Shown here piece after piece: positions 61,144 to 64,000 of a stretch of 64,000 bases of DNA. Origin of the DNA: Eledone cirrhosa (taxonomy: Eukaryota). The notes under the pieces are model-generated. The model did no database searches and was not told the DNA's origin. It worked only from the letters and a program-made list of their open reading frames with translations. The position numbers and the translations under genes are program-made. Location: positions 133,796,001 through 133,860,000 of the forward strand of contig OZ024744.1 of assembly GCA_964016885.1 (NCBI GenBank). The letters are read 5' to 3'. Position 1 is the stretch's first letter. Each line of letters begins with the position of its first letter.

Positions 61144-64000
61144 TAAGTCGGGGTTAAGTTAAGTTGGCGTTAAGTTAAGTTAGGCTTAACTTAAGTTGGG
61201 GTTCAGTTAAGTTGGGGGTAAGTTAAGTTGGGGGTAAGTTAAGGTGGGGTTAAGTTAAGTTGCGGTTAAGTTGGGGTTAAGTTAAGTTAGGGTTAAGTTA
61301 AGTTGGGGTTGAGTTAAGTTGGGGTTAATTAAGTGGTGGTTATGTTAAGTTGGGGTTAAGTTAAGTTGGGGTTAATTTAAATTGGGGTTAAGTTAACTTT
61401 GTGGTTAAGTTAAGTTGGGGTTAAGTTAAGTTGGGGTTAAGTTGGGGTTGAGTTAAGTTGGGGTTGAGTGAAGTTGGGGTTAAGTTAAGTTGGGGTTAAG
61501 TTTAGTCGGGGTTAAGTTAAGTTGTGGTTGATTTAAGTTGGGGTTAATTTAAGTTGGGGCTAAGTTAATTTGTGGTTAAGTTAAGTTGGGGTTAAGTTAA
61601 GTTGGGGTTAAGTTAAGTTGGGGTTGAGTTAAGTTGGGGTTGAGTTAATTTGGGGTTAAGTTAAGTTGGGGTTAAGTTAAGTTGGGTTTAAGTTAAGTTG
61701 GGGTTAAATTAAGTTGGGGTTAAATTAAGTTGGGGTTAAGTTAAGTTGGGGGTAAGTTAATTTGGGGGCAAGTTAAGTTGGGGTTAATTTAAGTTGGGGT
61801 TAAATTAAGTTGGGGTTACGTTAAGTTGGTGTTAAGTTAAGTTGGGGTTAATTTAAGTTGGGGTTAATTAAGTTGGGGTTAAGTTAAGTTGGGGTTAAGT
61901 TAAGTTGGGGTTAATTTAAGTTGGGGTTGAGTTAAGTTGGGGTTAAGTTAATTTGGGGTTATATTAAGTTGGGGTTAAGTTAAGTTGGGGTTCAGTTAAG
62001 TTGGGGATAAGTTAAGTTGGGGTTAAGTTAAGTTGGGGTTAAGTTAAGGTGGGGTTAAGTTAAGTTGGTGTTGAGTTAAGCTGGGGCTAAGTTAAGTTGG
62101 GGCTGAGTTAAGTTGGGGCTGAGTTAAGTTGGGGTTAAGTTAAGTTGGGGTTGAGTTAAGTTGGGGTTAAGTTAAGTTGGGGTCAAGTTAAGTTGGGGTT
62201 ACGTTGGGGTTAAGTTAAGTTGGGGTTAAGTTAAGTTGGGGTTAAGTTAATTTGTGGTTAAGTTAAGTTGGGGTTAAGTTAAGTTGGGGTTAAGTTAAGT
62301 TGGGGTTAAGTTAAGTCGGGGTTAAGTTAAGTTGGGGTTAAGTTAAGTTGGGGTTAATTTAAGTTGGGGTTAAGTTAAGTTGGGGTTAAGTTAAGTTGGG
62401 GTTAAGTTAAGTTGGGGTTAAGTTAAGTTGGGGTTAAGTTAAGTTGAGGTTAAGTTAAGTTGGGGTTAAATTAAGTTAGGGTTAAGTTAAGTTGGGGTTA
62501 AGTTAAGTTGGGGTTAAGTTAAGTTGGGGATAAGTTAAGTTGGGGATAATTTAAGTTGGGGTTAAGTTAAGTTGGGTTTAAGTTAAGTTGGGGATAAGTT
62601 AAGTTGGGGATAAGTTAAGTTGGGGTTAAGTTAAGTTGGGGTTAAGTTAAGTTGGGGTTAAGTTAAGTTGGGGCTAAGTTAAGTTGGGGCTGAGTTAAGT
62701 TGGGGTTAAGTTAAGTTGGGGTTAAGTTAAGTTGGGGTTAATTTAAGTTGGGGTTTATTTAAGTTCGGGTTACGTTAAATTGGTGTTAAGTTAAGTTGGG
62801 GTTAATTTAAGTTGGGGTTAATTAAGTTGGGGTTAAGTTAAGTTGGGGTTAATTTAAGTTGGGGTTAATTTAAGTTGGGGTTGAGTTAAGTTGGGGTTAA
62901 GTTAAGTTGGGGTTATATTAAGTTGGGGTTAAGTTAAGTTGGGGTTCAGTTAAGTTGGGGCTAATTTAAGTTGGGGCTGAGTTAAGTTGGGGCTGAGTTA
63001 AGTTGGGCTTAAGTTAAGTTGGGGTCAAGTTAAGTTGGGGTTAAGTTGGGGTTAAGTTAAGTTAGGTTTAAGTTAAGTTGGGGTTAAGTTAAGTTGGGGT
63101 TAAGTTAAGTTGGGGTTAAATTAAGTTGGGGTTAAGTTAAGTTGGGGTTAAGTTAATTTGTGGTTAAGTTAAGTTGGGGTTAAGTTAAGTTGGGGTTAAG
63201 TTAAGTTGGGGTTAAGTTAAGTCGGGGTTAAGTTAAGTTGGGTTTAAGTTAAGTTGGGGTTAATTTAAGTTGGGGTTAAGTTAAGTTGGGGTCAAGTTAA
63301 GTTGGGGTTAAGTTGGGGTTAAGTTAAGTTAGGTTTAAGTTAAGTTGGGGTTAAGTTAAGTTGGGGTTAAGTTAAGTTGGGGTTAAGTTAAGTTGGGGTT
63401 AAGTTAATTTGTGGTTAAGTTAAGTTGGGGTTAAGTTAAGTTGGGCTTAAGTTAAGTTGGGGTTAAGTTAAGTCGGGGTTAAGTTAAGTTGGGGTTAAGT
63501 TAAGTTGGGGTTAATTTAAGTTGGGGTTTATTTAAGTTGGGGTTACGTTAAGTTGGTGTTAAGTTAAGTTGGGGTTAATTTAAGTTGGGGTTAATTAAGT
63601 TGGGGTTAAGTTAAGTTGGGGTTAAGTTAAGATGGGGTTAATTTAAGTTGGGGTTGAGTTAAGTTGGGGTTAAGTTAAGTTGGGGTTATATTAAGTTGGG
63701 GTTAAGTTAAGTTGGGGTTCAGTTAAGTTGGGGATAAGTTAAGTTGGGGTTAAGTTAAGTTGGGGTTAAGTTAAGTTGGGGTTAAGTTAAGTTGGTGTTA
63801 AGTTAAGTTGTGGCTAAGTTAAGTTGGCGCTGAGTTAAGTTGGGGTTAAGTTAAGTTGGGGTTAAGTTAAGTTGGGATTAATTTAAGTTGGGGTTTATTT
63901 AAGTTGGGGTTACGTTAAGTTGGTGTTAAGTTAAGTTGGGGTTAATTTAAGTTGGGGTTAATTAAGTTGGGGTTAAGTTAAGTTGGGGTTAAGTTAAGAT

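Larger units (their letters stand above)
1..64000 (+). repeat. Tandem satellite / telomere-like array of the 16-bp monomer TTAAGTTAAGTTGGGG (about 4,000 copies, G-rich strand = +), continuing past both window ends
   Basis: GGGG tracts recur every 16 nt (e.g. 422-425, 438-441) from the first to the last line. The consensus is T6 A4 G6 with no C. Variants are mostly single substitutions, plus 11-bp (TTAAGTTGGGG) and 15-bp (TTAATTAAGTTGGGG) units. Confidence 0.99.

Noticed and set aside
1-64000. Protein-coding ORFs on either strand
   Set aside because: Each monomer has two TTAA, giving TAA on both strands, and the 16-bp period rotates them through all frames. No ORF beyond a few tens of codons is possible.
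1-64000. CRISPR array or other repeat-spacer system
   Set aside because: There are no unique spacers: monomers abut directly, and no cas or other genes are present.
1-64000. Variant monomers as sequencing noise, or as a functional code
   Set aside because: They recur in identical order over kilobases, so they are not noise. Duplication history explains the order, so no coding function needs to be invoked.

Overview
The whole 64 kb window is one tandem array of a 16-bp monomer, consensus TTAAG-TTAAG-TTGGGG (about 4,000 copies). The + strand is G/T-rich with almost no C. It looks like a eukaryotic satellite or a telomere-like/subtelomeric array. I see no genes, RNA genes, CRISPR array or transposon ORF, and TAA stops close all six frames. 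The information lies in the variant monomers, which recur in fixed orders and reveal nested duplications (about 59, 155, 175, 539, 1,462, 2,800, 5,259, 5,310 and 7,700 bp). The only breaks in strand polarity are two apparently identical 173-bp inverted cassettes (37659-37831 and 60971-61143, 23,312 bp apart). Each starts at a perfect 54-bp palindrome and is flanked by variants seen only in its lineage. Variant tracing suggests a third cassette about 1.2-1.4 kb upstream of the window. The organism and function cannot be determined from this sequence. All offsets come from manual marker matching, not from computed alignments.
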